DNA of 64,000 nucleotides from Candidatus Hydrogenedentota bacterium (GCA_045863335.1 BTVY01000019.1:1-64000); one strand, 5' to 3'. Numbered from the stretch's first letter, positions 8,910 through 19,844 are shown. Notes: generated by a model from the sequence alone, not told the origin. Numbers and translations: made by a program.

Positions 8910-10073
8910 TTAGGCCGCGTCGTGCATCAGTTGGCGGTATACGCGCTCCAATCGAGCCGCGCTCTCCTCCCACGTCATGCTTTGCGCGCGGAGCCGGGCT
9001 GCTTCCGCGCGTTGGCGCGCCGCCGGCGGATCGTCCAGCAGTGAACAGATGGCCGATGCCATCGATTCCGTATCGTACGGGTCCACCAGCAAGCCGGTCT
9101 CGCCGACGACTTCCGGCAGTGCCGAGACCTTGCTCGTCATCACGGGCGTTCCCGCCGCCATGGCTTCCAGAACCGGCAGGCCGAACCCCTCGTATAACGA
9201 CGGGTACAGACAAGCGCGCGCACCCCGCAACAACAGTATGGCCTCGTCCCGCCGAAGGTATCCGGCGTGGACGATGTCCCCGTTGCCGGAGGCCGCGCGG
9301 ATTGCCTCGACGATTCCATCGCTTTTCCAGCCGAGCGCGCCGACGAGCAGCAGTTGGGGGATCATTTCCCGTTCGCTGCGCACCCGATCGTACGCCTGGA
9401 TCAGCCGTTCGATATTCTTGCGCGGTTCCAGCGTGCCGAGCTGGATAAAATAGTCCCGGTCGAGACCGATCCGCGCCTTCAGTGCCGCGTGCGTGGTCTC
9501 GTCGAACGGCGCATCGAATTCTTCCAGGCGGACTCCGTTCGGAACGACATGAATCCGCTCGGGCGCTACGCCCATCAATTCCACGAGTTCCGCCTTGCAG
9601 TGTTCGGAGACCGCGATCAAGGTGTCCGCCTCGCGGGCGCACTGGCTTAGCAGCCTGGTCTGCACTTCCACCGTTCGCTCGGTATGGGTCTCCGGCACAC
9701 GAAGAAACGACAGGTCGTGAATCGTAACCGCCCGGACCGCGCGCCGCGCCGCGGGCGTCTGGTGACACAGATTGTGGGCAATGTCCACCTTACCGATAAA
9801 CCATTCGATGGGTGGCCAGCTCAACCGAGTCCAGAAACCGTATTTTAGCAAACGGGCATAGGGAAGTACGAATTGCCGCTCGATCTCTGGCAATTCATTG
9901 CGCAGCAGTGCCTTGCCTCGGGAATCTCCCGTTGCGAAGACTTGGCACTGGAAGTCCACGTTTCGCCGCAAGAGGGCCTGCACCTGGTAGATTGCGGCAT
10001 ATCCCACGCCGGTGACCGGGAATTCCGCCGCGCAACTCAAGTCCAAGGCAATCTTGGTGTGTGGTAGGTCCAA
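8910..10073 (-). CDS. Glycosyltransferase family 4
   Basis: TGVGYA, TIHDL, GTLEPRKN, YPSLYEGFGLPVLEAMAAG. Confidence 0.93.
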   Translation of the reverse strand: MDLPHTKIALDLSCAAEFPVTGVGYAAIYQVQALLRRNVDFQCQVFATGDSRGKALLRNELPEIERQFVLPYARLLKYGFWTRLSWPPIEWFIGKVDIAHNLCHQTPAARRAVRAVTIHDLSFLRVPETHTERTVEVQTRLLSQCAREADTLIAVSEHCKAELVELMGVAPERIHVVPNGVRLEEFDAPFDETTHAALKARIGLDRDYFIQLGTLEPRKNIERLIQAYDRVRSEREMIPQLLLVGALGWKSDGIVEAIRAASGNGDIVHAGYLRRDEAILLLRGARACLYPSLYEGFGLPVLEAMAAGTPVMTSKVSALPEVVGETGLLVDPYDTESMASAICSLLDDPPAARQRAEAARLRAQSMTWEESAARLERVYRQLMHDAA

Positions 10074-10147
10074 AGTCTACATCCTGCGCAGGGCATCGTG
10101 TGGGATTAGCGCGACGTGATGCCGCGTATCGATACATCGAGGTGAGG

Positions 10148-10876
10148 TTATGACTCGTCTTCCTTTCCGGGGTCTGACGTTTCGGTGGCGTCCGAATCTG
10201 CCTCGCCTATGGATTCGCTATCCTGAGCTGCGTCGTTTCCGTCCTCTTTCTTTTTCCCGAATCCGAAGACGCGGATGGCCAGTTCGGCGGCCCGAAGCTG
10301 GACCCGGTCATCCGCCCCATTGAGCATCTTCTCCACGAGGACGTGCTTGAGCGTGTCCTCCACGACGCTGTCGGGGATCGATTCGGTCGGGGGGGCCAAG
10401 CGGCGGACGGGTTCACCGGCCCGGCCGTCGATGGGAGCGGGGAGGTTCGAACTGGAGCCGGGCTGATGTTCGAGGGCCATTTGCTGGCGGTTACGCAGCG
10501 CGACCATACACATCTGGCGGCCCGATACGATGTCCGTGTTCTCCGGGAAGTCCTCGGCAAGCGACTCGAAGATGCTCAGTGCCTGGGCATAGCGTTGGGA
10601 AAAATACAGATCGACCGCCTCGGCAAATCGCCGTTTCGCCTCGACCGGCACGGCACTGGCCCGGCCGTTGCCCGAATTCCACGATGCGTTGGCGAAGGGT
10701 TCGGCATTCTGGACCGGCGCCGGTTTGGCCGGCACGGGACCCTTGACGGTGGTGGCGCTTTCCGCGGTGATCGAAATCACCCGGCCACAGGCAGGACATA
10801 GTCCCGTCCGGCCCAGAGCCGAACGGGGAACCTGAATGCGTTCGCCGCAAACACACAATACCATTAGTCGACGCAC
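10148..10876 (-). CDS. Hypothetical protein with N-terminal zinc ribbon and TPR-like helix pair
   Basis: CVCG...CPACG, AVDLYFSQRYAQALSIFE, acidic tail. Confidence 0.7.
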   Translation of the reverse strand: MRRLMVLCVCGERIQVPRSALGRTGLCPACGRVISITAESATTVKGPVPAKPAPVQNAEPFANASWNSGNGRASAVPVEAKRRFAEAVDLYFSQRYAQALSIFESLAEDFPENTDIVSGRQMCMVALRNRQQMALEHQPGSSSNLPAPIDGRAGEPVRRLAPPTESIPDSVVEDTLKHVLVEKMLNGADDRVQLRAAELAIRVFGFGKKKEDGNDAAQDSESIGEADSDATETSDPGKEDES

Positions 10877-10915
10877 TACGCAGATTCCCTTCTTCTTTCC
10901 AGTACGGACACGTCC

Positions 10916-12304
10916 CTATTTCCTCCCCAGAAACCGGAGGAGGGCATCGACGAGCAATCGCTGATCGTCTTCCTCGGGCCGGACCACGTCCGGCAAGAGA
11001 TCATCGCTCTGCGGCGCCTCTTCCTCATAAACCGGAGGCGCATTTGGTATGTTCTCGGCGGCGTTGCGCCGGAGTTCCTCGATCTCGTGCCGCAAGGAGG
11101 CGTTCTCCGCGCGCAGCGCGTCGAGATCTACTGTGGTCGCCGCGGCCTGCACGCGCGCAAGGTCCGCCTGGAGCGACTCGAGCCGTCCGCGGTCGCGTTC
11201 TGCAGCGTTGCGCAGGTCTTCGGACTCCCGATTCAGCCGGGCCTTCTCGTCGTCCGCGTAACGTAGCGACTGGCGCACCGCCTCCAGATCGGCGGCGAGC
11301 TGTTCGATCACCATGGACTTGTCGTCGATGATGCCGTTGGCCGCCTCGAGTTCATGTTCAAGCCGGGCCAGTTTGGCCTTTTGGGTTTCCAGTTCGTCGT
11401 GCGACGTGCGGTCCGCGTCGTTGCGTTCCCGCGCCGCATCCGACAGCGATTCAACTTCGCGCTGCAATTCGGACTCGCGTTGCCGAAGGGATTCGATCAG
11501 GCCCAAGGCTTGATCCAGTTCACTGGTTTTTCCATCCAGTTCGGCACGGGCCCTGTCTGCTTCGGTTCGAAGCGCCCGCAACTGATCCGCCTGATCCTCA
11601 ATCCGCCGCCGGCTCTCCTCGATCGCGGCGTTGCGCGAATCGACCGCCCGCTCAAACTCTTGAAGCGCCTTCTCCTTGGAGGCAGCATCGCCATGGATGG
11701 CCTTCACTTCCGCCGCGAGCCGTTCCGCGGTTGCGGCCACCTCGCGGGCGTTTTGCAGTTCCGATTGTAGCGCTGCGATTCGCCGCTCGCTTTCACGAAG
11801 CGCCTGCCGCAACGCATCCATCTCCGCGTCCCGGTTAGCCGAAACAGCGGCATCATCGGATACGCCGCGTTCCAACTCGGCGATCCGCTGACGGGCACGA
11901 TCCGCATATTCCCGGTACTGGCCCAACTCCTGATCCCGTTGTGCCAGGCCGCTCTGCGTGCGCGCCAACTCGCGGGTCAGCCGTTCAATCGTCGCCGATT
12001 TTTCGACCAATTGAACGTTCAACTGGGCCGCGTCCTCCCGAGGCAGGAAATCCACCTTAGAAGGAACCGCAGGAGCCGGAGGGAGAGCAGGACTCCGACG
12101 AACTTCGGGTTCGCTCACAAAATGCGACGCAGGCGGCATTTCGGCGATGGGCCGTGCACCGGCGGGGGCCGCCGCCATGAGGTGCGCGGGAACGATGGCA
12201 ATACGCTTACACCGCCGGCACCAGGCGTGGCGTCCGGCGTGAGCCGCTTCCACCGTCAAGCGATAACCGCAATGTGGACATTCGAACTCGATCATCCGCG
12301 TCAT
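10916..12304 (-). CDS. Zinc-ribbon plus long coiled-coil protein
   Basis: CPHC...CRRC N-terminus followed by about 320 aa of heptad-rich E/R/L/A sequence. Confidence 0.8.
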   Translation of the reverse strand: MTRMIEFECPHCGYRLTVEAAHAGRHAWCRRCKRIAIVPAHLMAAAPAGARPIAEMPPASHFVSEPEVRRSPALPPAPAVPSKVDFLPREDAAQLNVQLVEKSATIERLTRELARTQSGLAQRDQELGQYREYADRARQRIAELERGVSDDAAVSANRDAEMDALRQALRESERRIAALQSELQNAREVAATAERLAAEVKAIHGDAASKEKALQEFERAVDSRNAAIEESRRRIEDQADQLRALRTEADRARAELDGKTSELDQALGLIESLRQRESELQREVESLSDAARERNDADRTSHDELETQKAKLARLEHELEAANGIIDDKSMVIEQLAADLEAVRQSLRYADDEKARLNRESEDLRNAAERDRGRLESLQADLARVQAAATTVDLDALRAENASLRHEIEELRRNAAENIPNAPPVYEEEAPQSDDLLPDVVRPEEDDQRLLVDALLRFLGRK

Positions 12305-12397
12305 CCGTCCAGCCTAGAAAATCCGCACTTCGGTAGCCAGTATACCATTACCCAGTGGATGTTCTCATGGGCCAGGGCCGTCGCCGCGTTGCAGGGG

Positions 12398-13621
12398 CTA
12401 CCGATCGTTCAATGCGGCGTCGAGAATTTTGCGGAGTTTGCCGCCTTCTTTTGCGGTATCGAAGTCGGATTCGACCTTCTGTCGTCCGGCTATACCCATG
12501 CGAGACCGGAGTTGGGGATCGCGCAAGAGCGTGTCGATGCGTTCCACCAGGGAGTCGGTGTCACTGGGCGGCGTGAGGAAACCCGATTCGCCATCGTCTA
12601 CCAACTCGGCGATTCCGGCGATGCGGGTTGCGATGACCGGCAAGCCCGTAGCCATTGCCTCCATCAGCACCACGGGAACGCCCTCGGCGAAGCTGGCCAT
12701 GACGAAGACGTCGGATGCGCGGAGTTCTTCGCGAACGCGATCCTGGGACAGGTAACCCGTGACGCGGACGCAGTTCGCGATGCCAAGTTCCTGAGACCGG
12801 CGCTCGATCCAGCCGCGGTCGGGGCCGTCGCCCGCCAACACGAGTTCGATATCCGGATGGGCATCACGGAGGTGCGCAATCGCTTCCAGGAGTATGGGAA
12901 TTCCTTTCACCGCCGCGAGCCGGCCGACGAAGATGAGCCGCTTACCGGCCCCGTCATGTTGCCGTGGTTCGAAGACTTCAGGCTCCACGCCGCAATGGAT
13001 GATGTGCAAGCGGTCCCATCGTTCCGGGGGCGTCCAGATCATGGCCTGGCTCCGGCAGAAGTGGGAGATGCAACACACGAACAGCGCGCGTTTCAGTTTT
13101 GCGTCAAGCCTCCAACGGTAGGGCTCGAAGAAGATGTCGGGACCGTGGAGGGAACAACTGAAGGTGAACCCGCCGAGTTCCGCGGCGAGCATGGCCACGG
13201 TGCAACTGGACGCGCCGAGATGATTGTGGAGATGGACCAGTCCGCGTTGTCGCATGCGCTCGGCGACGAGCCCCGCTTCCAGGAAGTATGCCAGCTGGTA
13301 GAGGAGTCCCTTGATGCCGGGCTGACGCGTCGACCAGGCCAGACGCAACGCCCGCAGATAGCGGCCGGGCGCCGTGAACTTCAGCCGGCCATGGGCCTTG
13401 GCGAGCGCGCCAATCGAGAACGGTACGAGCACGTAGGTCGTTTCACGTTCCGCCTTCTGTTCGGGGCTTACGCATTCCGATTCGGATACCCCACGCACGC
13501 TGATCGTCTCGACGTGGACGCCCGCGCGGCGGAGGGCGGAGATCTCGCGGTAGATGAATACGAACGGGGATACGCGCAAGTATTCGCCGGTCATGTATGC
13601 GATGCGGAGCGGGCTGCTCAT
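12398..13621 (-). CDS. Glycosyltransferase family 4 (WcaL-like)
   Basis: FIYREI, HLHNH, LHGPDIF, VGRLAAVKG, SFAEGVPVVLMEAMA. Confidence 0.92.
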   Translation of the reverse strand: MSSPLRIAYMTGEYLRVSPFVFIYREISALRRAGVHVETISVRGVSESECVSPEQKAERETTYVLVPFSIGALAKAHGRLKFTAPGRYLRALRLAWSTRQPGIKGLLYQLAYFLEAGLVAERMRQRGLVHLHNHLGASSCTVAMLAAELGGFTFSCSLHGPDIFFEPYRWRLDAKLKRALFVCCISHFCRSQAMIWTPPERWDRLHIIHCGVEPEVFEPRQHDGAGKRLIFVGRLAAVKGIPILLEAIAHLRDAHPDIELVLAGDGPDRGWIERRSQELGIANCVRVTGYLSQDRVREELRASDVFVMASFAEGVPVVLMEAMATGLPVIATRIAGIAELVDDGESGFLTPPSDTDSLVERIDTLLRDPQLRSRMGIAGRQKVESDFDTAKEGGKLRKILDAALNDR

Positions 13622-14655
13622 GCCGAAGCCTCGCTTTCCTGTTGCGCTTCTTCACGGAAGTCCAGGTTCGCGAAACTTCGGTCCAGCGCCTCGCGCAGGG
13701 AGTATCGCGGCGACCATCCGAGGGTCTTGCGGAGGCGCACGTTCGAGTACCGCAGGGGTTTGCATCGGGCATGCATCCGGGCCGGGATCAGAATGCTCGG
13801 CAGCTTGCCATCGCCCTTGAAGAACATGCGGTTTGCGATCCACGCCATGCGGCAGATCGCGCGCATGAGCGTCCACGGAACCGGAATGACGCGCGGGGGA
13901 GGGGAGAGGCGCTTGCGGAGCAGCCGGATGTACTTTCGATGGGAGGGGCACCGGTTATCGACGATGTTGAAGGTCTGGCCGATGGCCTCCGGTCTTTCCG
14001 CCGCGAGGACGATCGCGTCCGCGCAGTTTTCCACATACGTGAGCGGGAGCTTCGCGCCGGCGCCAATGCGAATCCACCACCGTTCACCCGCTTGCGCGCC
14101 CAGGCACGCGGTCCACAGGTTGTCGCGGCCGTAGACAATGCCCGGCCGCAAGACCGTCAATTGGAGTCCTTCCCGCTCGGCATATTCACGGACAAGGTTT
14201 TCCTGCATGACTTTGGTCAGGCAATAGTCGTCCCGCTCCTTGAGCCGGGGTTCGATGGGCGTCGTTTCTTTCAGGACCGTGTGACTCCACTTGTCGATAT
14301 AGCTGTAGACCGAAAACGAGCTGATAGCGATCAGACGTTTGACGCCTGTTTCGCACATGGCGTCAAGGAGATTCTCGGTGGCAACGACGGTCCCCATGAG
14401 TTGGGTATAGAGATCGCCGCCGACCGCTGCCGCGAGATGGACTACTGCGTCGGCATCCTTGACTGCCTCGGCCAGGCCGTTCTTGCTGCGAAGGTCCGCG
14501 CGCACCAGCGTGACGGCAGGATCGTCGTGCCAGGGCAATGCGGACACGGCGTTTGCCGGGCGCACCATGGCATGCACCTGGTGGCCGCGTCGCAAGGCTT
14601 CCGCGACGACGCTCCGTCCGAGGAAACCAGCGGCTCCCGTTACCAGCAGGCGCAT
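13618..14655 (-). CDS. NAD-dependent epimerase/dehydratase
   Basis: VTGAAGFLG Rossmann motif, YxxxK (YCLTK), LRPGIVYG. Overlaps the next gene by 4 nt. Confidence 0.92.
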   Translation of the reverse strand: MRLLVTGAAGFLGRSVVAEALRRGHQVHAMVRPANAVSALPWHDDPAVTLVRADLRSKNGLAEAVKDADAVVHLAAAVGGDLYTQLMGTVVATENLLDAMCETGVKRLIAISSFSVYSYIDKWSHTVLKETTPIEPRLKERDDYCLTKVMQENLVREYAEREGLQLTVLRPGIVYGRDNLWTACLGAQAGERWWIRIGAGAKLPLTYVENCADAIVLAAERPEAIGQTFNIVDNRCPSHRKYIRLLRKRLSPPPRVIPVPWTLMRAICRMAWIANRMFFKGDGKLPSILIPARMHARCKPLRYSNVRLRKTLGWSPRYSLREALDRSFANLDFREEAQQESEASA

Positions 14656-14683
14656 TGAACGTCCCTTATCAACATCGTGCGTA

Positions 14684-15757
14684 TCATATGCGGTTCTCCT
14701 CCGCGAGCAGCGCGTCCATCAATTGCGTGGTTTGGTCCATGTCGTCGTGAGTGACGGGAAGTTGGGCGCCCGTGCGAAGCGCGGTGTACGTGCGCGACAG
14801 AAAGGTCTGCATGCCCTCAAGGGGGGTCTTCTTGCGAATCTTGTTCAGGAATCCCGTGACGCTCGACTGGGCCATGGCGATTCCGTTCACCCATTGGTTC
14901 GCCAGTGGCGAAAGCTGCTTTCCCGCGCGTCGCGGAACCGTCAACCGGAAATACGGCTGAAACAGATCCGTTTCGACCCAGCCATTGGAGCCGCGCACGA
15001 CCACCGTGAAACAGTCCGGCGCTTGATGGCTGGTGAAGCGCAGGCGCGTGTGAACCCCGCCGCCGAACAGCAGCGCATCGAGACAATCGTGCGCGAAGAG
15101 CGGATGATCGCTGTACTTGTCCCACCGCGCCGCGACCTCTTCGACGGGCGGAATGAAGCGCAGGGCGAGGTAGCACAGGTGCGGCAGGAGATCGTGCAAG
15201 GCGCCCGCCGGCAAGTGATGACACGCGTTCGGAAGGTTTTCGTCGGCGAAACCACCGCCCTTTTCGGTGATGGGCAATGCCATGCGTATATCGACTTCGC
15301 GTATCTCTCCGAGCACACCGCTAGACACCAATGATTCCATCTCAAGAATCTGTTCGTTGAACCGGTAATTGTGATCTTCGGTGAGCGCGCGGTTTTGCCA
15401 CTGCGCCATGGTGGATAGAATCCGGAACTCTTCGTTGGTCGGCGCGATAGGTTTCTCCACGATTACGTGGGTCCCGTGCTTCAGGCAGTCCGCGGCGAGT
15501 TTACAGTGGGTGTGCGGCGGCGTCAGGACGTGAACGACATCCGGTTTCGCCTGTTCCAGCATCTGCACGTGATCGGTGTAATGAGACTCCGCGCCGTAGG
15601 TGTCCGCCGCGTAGCGCGCGAGGACCTTTGACAAATCGCAGACTCCGACCAGCCGGGCGGCAGGGCTGCGGTGAAGAAACCGCAAATGCTCGGCGGAAAT
15701 CACGCCTGCGCCAATGACCGCCGATCGCAAGGGCGGGTGGCCGGAGCCGTTCGTCAC
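14684..15757 (-). CDS. Gfo/Idh/MocA-family oxidoreductase
   Basis: VIGAGVIS, HVIVEKP, DHNYRF, LHDLLPH. Confidence 0.9.
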   Translation of the reverse strand: MTNGSGHPPLRSAVIGAGVISAEHLRFLHRSPAARLVGVCDLSKVLARYAADTYGAESHYTDHVQMLEQAKPDVVHVLTPPHTHCKLAADCLKHGTHVIVEKPIAPTNEEFRILSTMAQWQNRALTEDHNYRFNEQILEMESLVSSGVLGEIREVDIRMALPITEKGGGFADENLPNACHHLPAGALHDLLPHLCYLALRFIPPVEEVAARWDKYSDHPLFAHDCLDALLFGGGVHTRLRFTSHQAPDCFTVVVRGSNGWVETDLFQPYFRLTVPRRAGKQLSPLANQWVNGIAMAQSSVTGFLNKIRKKTPLEGMQTFLSRTYTALRTGAQLPVTHDDMDQTTQLMDALLAEENRI

Positions 15758-15827
15758 CGTTTACTCCTTTCCTCGACTCTGCAACGAAGTTGAGCGACGC
15801 CCACCATAGAAACCCCGGCCGTACAAT

Positions 15828-17042
15828 TCAATCTCCCGCGCGATCGTTGGCGCTGCGATCCACTTCAGCCTGCCGCTGCGTCCGCTCCCAACCGCCGGGT
15901 TTCCTGGAGCGGACGAGCCGGAGATAGAAGGGGATTTTCCATGCAAGGAATAATGGCGCGAGCAGGAGCCCTCGCCAGACTTCCGCTGGCGCGCGCATCT
16001 TGTACAGGCCCGCGACCACGTAAAAGACGGTAGCGGTAGTCGTCCCGAGAAAGAAGGGCGCCCATGAAGGCCGCAGCACCGCGGCGGCGAGCAGAAAAAG
16101 AACCTGGAGCAAAACCAACAGGGACAGGGGCGGTACCAGTAGTTCGAGGATGGCGTCGAGATACCGCCACCGGGGCCGCTTGAGCAGCGCCTTGGCGAGT
16201 GCAGGGACGTAGGTCTTGACCGTATCGATCCGGCCGGATTCCCACCGGCGGCGTTGCGGCTCCGCCTGGGTTTGCGACGTGGGCATCTCGGAGATCACCA
16301 CCGCATCCGGGTTGAAATAGACCAGGGTTCCGTCCAGTAGGAGCCGCGACGACAATTCGATGTCTTCGACGATGGAGTGGGCGGGCCATCCGTAGTTCAG
16401 GAGCAGGTCCGTGCGAAAGCCCATGCCGTTGCCTTTGAGATCCGCCGTGCCGCCCAGACAACTGCGGCCCGCGGGGCGCAATCCGTTGACAAGCGCGAAG
16501 CCGGCGTAGGTAAGCGCGGCGCGCCAGTTCGCTTCGGGATTGGAAACGCCGTGGTAACCTTGAACGACGGACACGTCGGGATGGACCAGGCTGCCGGAAA
16601 TCTCGTGAAGGAATTGCGGGTCGACCTTGGTGTCCGCGTCTACCAATGCGATAGCGTCAAACTCGCGCAGGCGGCCGGCCTGTTCGCGCAGGAACCAGTC
16701 GATTGCCTGACCTTTTCCGCGCAGGTCGGGCACGTGGCGTTCGAACGCTACCGCACCCGCGGCTTCAGCTTCCTGCGCAGTGTGGTCCTCACAATTGTCG
16801 GCGATTACGAAAATCGAAAACCGGTCTTTCGGGTAGTCGGCTTCCAGGGCGCTCCGCACGCAATTGCCGATCTGCAGTTCTTCGTTGTGGGCGGGCATCA
16901 CCATCGCGATGCGCAACGGAGACGCATTGGGAATGGCTTTCTTGCGCAGGATGAATGCGGCCAGCGTGACGAGCACCAAGTATGCGGAAACCGTGCCCAG
17001 ATACAGGGCGCCCGCGCACAGCACGACGTCAATAGCAGCCAC
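15828..17042 (-). CDS. Glycosyltransferase family 2, membrane-bound
   Basis: PAHNEE, ADNCED, DAD, GNGM, VED, QRRRW, and C-terminal TM helices. GTG 17042 follows GAAGGAG; the ORF is open to 17102. Confidence 0.9.
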   Translation of the reverse strand: MAAIDVVLCAGALYLGTVSAYLVLVTLAAFILRKKAIPNASPLRIAMVMPAHNEELQIGNCVRSALEADYPKDRFSIFVIADNCEDHTAQEAEAAGAVAFERHVPDLRGKGQAIDWFLREQAGRLREFDAIALVDADTKVDPQFLHEISGSLVHPDVSVVQGYHGVSNPEANWRAALTYAGFALVNGLRPAGRSCLGGTADLKGNGMGFRTDLLLNYGWPAHSIVEDIELSSRLLLDGTLVYFNPDAVVISEMPTSQTQAEPQRRRWESGRIDTVKTYVPALAKALLKRPRWRYLDAILELLVPPLSLLVLLQVLFLLAAAVLRPSWAPFFLGTTTATVFYVVAGLYKMRAPAEVWRGLLLAPLFLAWKIPFYLRLVRSRKPGGWERTQRQAEVDRSANDRAGD

Positions 17043-17174
17043 AATGTCTCCTTCCAGCAACGGGTATTTTCCGCGGCCAAGTTTACCTGAATGCACCCGC
17101 ACGCCGCCACGTTGGTTGCGTCAATTGAATGCGCGGTCTATCATGGCGCGGCTTCCAAACGATGACGAGGTAAT

Positions 17175-18203
17175 GTGACTGCCGAACAAGACAACCTTGG
17201 ACGAGAGACAGTCGAGACCGAAACTGTCGCATCCGACGGAATCGACGTGTCTTTCGTGGTGATTGGCTTCAATGAGGCGCTACATCTGCGTGCCTGTTTG
17301 GAGTCCGTCCGGAACGCCGACCTTGAGGGGCTCCGGTACGAACTGATCTACGTGGACGGGGGATCGAGCGACGACAGCATGGCCATCGCCCGGGAGTGCG
17401 GCGTCGATCTCATCCTGGGTGGCGAGCGGCGGCGGCGCGCCGCCGAGAACCGCAATCTCGGCGCTTCCCGGTCGCGCGGCACCTACATTCAGTTTCTCGA
17501 CGGCGATATGCAGCTCGAACCCACCTGGCCAAAGCGCGCCAAGGCGTATCTGGAAGGGCGGCCGGTGGTGGCTGTCGTGTGCGGGCGTTTGCTCGAAGTC
17601 AACCGGGGCTATCTGTTCCAGGTCATTCAGCTCGACTGGGTCCAGCGCGAAGGCGCCGTGGAGACCTGCGGCGGCGCGGCCCTGTTTCGCCGCGAACCGT
17701 TTCAGCAAGCGGGCGCCTTTCCCGAAGACGTGGCGTACGGGGAGGAACCGCTGCTTTGCTGGCGCATCCGCAACCAACTCAAGATGGAAGTCCACTTCTG
17801 GATCGAGCCGATGGCGCTCCACGACATCGGGTTCTCCGGGTTCAGGGACTACTGGAAGCAGTATCGCCGGAATGGCGCTACCTATATCGAGATCGCGGCT
17901 CGGTGCGCCGGCACTGAGGACCCCTATTGGACACGCGACACGGTGACAAACTTCGCGTGGGCCTCAGGCATACTGGCCGTGATCGCGTTTCTTCTTGCGG
18001 GAAACGCCACGGTGCGCATTGGAATCGCGCTGCTCATCCTTCTGATCGGCCTGCGGAAGATCATCCAAACCCGCCGCCGCGGCGTGTCCTGGGCGATCGC
18101 GCTGGGCTATACCGCCCATGTGTACGGATCGAAGATTCCCCTCGCGTGGGGGCAGCTTCGCTGGCTCGTGGAACGGGCGTTTCGGGGCGCTAAGACACAG
18201 TAG
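17175..18203 (+). CDS. Glycosyltransferase family 2
   Basis: VVIGFNE, YVDGGSSD, FLDGD, CGGAALFR, GEEP, and C-terminal TM helices. Confidence 0.9.
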   Translation: MTAEQDNLGRETVETETVASDGIDVSFVVIGFNEALHLRACLESVRNADLEGLRYELIYVDGGSSDDSMAIARECGVDLILGGERRRRAAENRNLGASRSRGTYIQFLDGDMQLEPTWPKRAKAYLEGRPVVAVVCGRLLEVNRGYLFQVIQLDWVQREGAVETCGGAALFRREPFQQAGAFPEDVAYGEEPLLCWRIRNQLKMEVHFWIEPMALHDIGFSGFRDYWKQYRRNGATYIEIAARCAGTEDPYWTRDTVTNFAWASGILAVIAFLLAGNATVRIGIALLILLIGLRKIIQTRRRGVSWAIALGYTAHVYGSKIPLAWGQLRWLVERAFRGAKTQ

Positions 18204-18334
18204 GCTTCGCCCTGGTTTTCAGCGACCCCCGTTTTGTGTATACTCGTGGGCGCAAGAGATCACCCGTGGACCCCACCATACGAAGAGCCATCGTTAGCCA
18301 CGGGAGGCAGCCGGGAAATGGAGAAGAATGACCG

Positions 18335-19789
18335 GTGCTGAATTTTAGCGCGTACGATCCCGAAGGATTCTATGATGAACTGTTTGCCGGCAAAGGCCAG
18401 GCCCGGCCTGGCGCCGAGGTGCTGGTTCATAAGATCAATTCGCTTCGGGACGAGGAACTCCGGCAACGCCAGTCGGCCGCCGAACAGGCCCTGTATCACA
18501 TGGGCATTACCTTCAATGTCTATGGGGATGGCGCCGGCACGGAGCGCATTTTCCCCTTCGACCTGATCCCGCGGATTGTCGAAGCCCATGAATGGGACTG
18601 GATCGAGCGCGGCTTGAAACAGCGTATCCGTTCGCTCAACCTGTTCATCGACGACATCTATCACGACCAGAAGATCCTCAAAGACAAGGTCATTCCGGAG
18701 CATGTCATCCAATCGGCGACTTCGTTCCGGAAGCAGTGCGTTGGACTGAATCCTCGCCACAACGTCTGGTGCCATGTCACGGGAACCGACCTCGTCCGTG
18801 ACAAGGACGGTCAAGTTTACGTGCTCGAAGACAACTTGCGTTGTCCGTCCGGCGTTTCCTACGTGCTGGAGAACCGCGACATCATGAAGCGGACGTTTCC
18901 GCAGGTGTTCGAGGCGTCCAACGTCCGGCCTGTTGTGGACTATCCGATGCGCCTGTTGGACATGCTCCAGCACATGGCGCCGCCGAACGTGGCTCGCCCG
19001 AAGGTCGTGGTGCTGACGCCCGGCGTCTATAACTCGGCCTATTTCGAACATTCTTTTCTGGCGCAGCAGATGGGCGTCGAATTGGTCGAAGGCCGGGATC
19101 TCATTGTCGACGACGGCTTCGTGCAAATGCGCACGACCAAGGGATACGAAAGGGTCGACGTCATCTACCGCCGCATCGACGACGACTTTATCGATCCCCA
19201 GACCTTCCGCGCGGATTCGATGCTCGGTGTACCGGGGCTTATGGATGCGTACCGCGCGGGCCATGTGGCGCTCGCGAACGCGCCCGGCACGGGCATCGCC
19301 GACGACAAGGTGGTCTACGCGTACGTGCCGAAGATCATCCAGTACTACCTTGGAGAAGAGGCGATAATTCCGAACGTCCCGACCTACGTATGCTGGGACG
19401 AGAAGGAACAATCCCACGTGCTGGCCAACCTGGACAAGTATGTGGTCAAGGCCGCCAACGAATCCGGCGGGTACGGCATGCTCGTGGGGCCTCATGCGAC
19501 CGATGAAGACCGCGCGAAGTTCGCCGATCTGATTCGCGCCAATCCGAGGAACTACATCGGACAACCCACGTTGTCGTTGTCGCGGGTGCCCACCATCGTT
19601 GACGATCACTTCGAAGGGCGCCACGTCGACCTGCGGCCTTATATCCTCTATGGCGAGGACATCTACGTCTTGCCCGGCGGTCTTACGCGCGTTGCGCTGA
19701 AGAAAGGGTCGCTCGTGGTGAATTCCTCCCAAGGCGGTGGCAGCAAGGACACGTGGGTCGTAAACAGCGCGCCTTCCGCCAAATCGTGA
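18335..19789 (+). CDS. Circularly permuted type 2 ATP-grasp protein
   Basis: GITFNVY, ERIFPFDLIPR, LEDNLRCPSGVSY, NSAYFEH, VIYRRIDD, SLVVNSSQGGGSKDTWV. Confidence 0.95.
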   Translation: MLNFSAYDPEGFYDELFAGKGQARPGAEVLVHKINSLRDEELRQRQSAAEQALYHMGITFNVYGDGAGTERIFPFDLIPRIVEAHEWDWIERGLKQRIRSLNLFIDDIYHDQKILKDKVIPEHVIQSATSFRKQCVGLNPRHNVWCHVTGTDLVRDKDGQVYVLEDNLRCPSGVSYVLENRDIMKRTFPQVFEASNVRPVVDYPMRLLDMLQHMAPPNVARPKVVVLTPGVYNSAYFEHSFLAQQMGVELVEGRDLIVDDGFVQMRTTKGYERVDVIYRRIDDDFIDPQTFRADSMLGVPGLMDAYRAGHVALANAPGTGIADDKVVYAYVPKIIQYYLGEEAIIPNVPTYVCWDEKEQSHVLANLDKYVVKAANESGGYGMLVGPHATDEDRAKFADLIRANPRNYIGQPTLSLSRVPTIVDDHFEGRHVDLRPYILYGEDIYVLPGGLTRVALKKGSLVVNSSQGGGSKDTWVVNSAPSAKS

Positions 19790-19844
19790 CACGACCGAAT
19801 CGCACCGGCTTTTGCGGCCGGCGCGGGCAAGGAGATACCAATCC

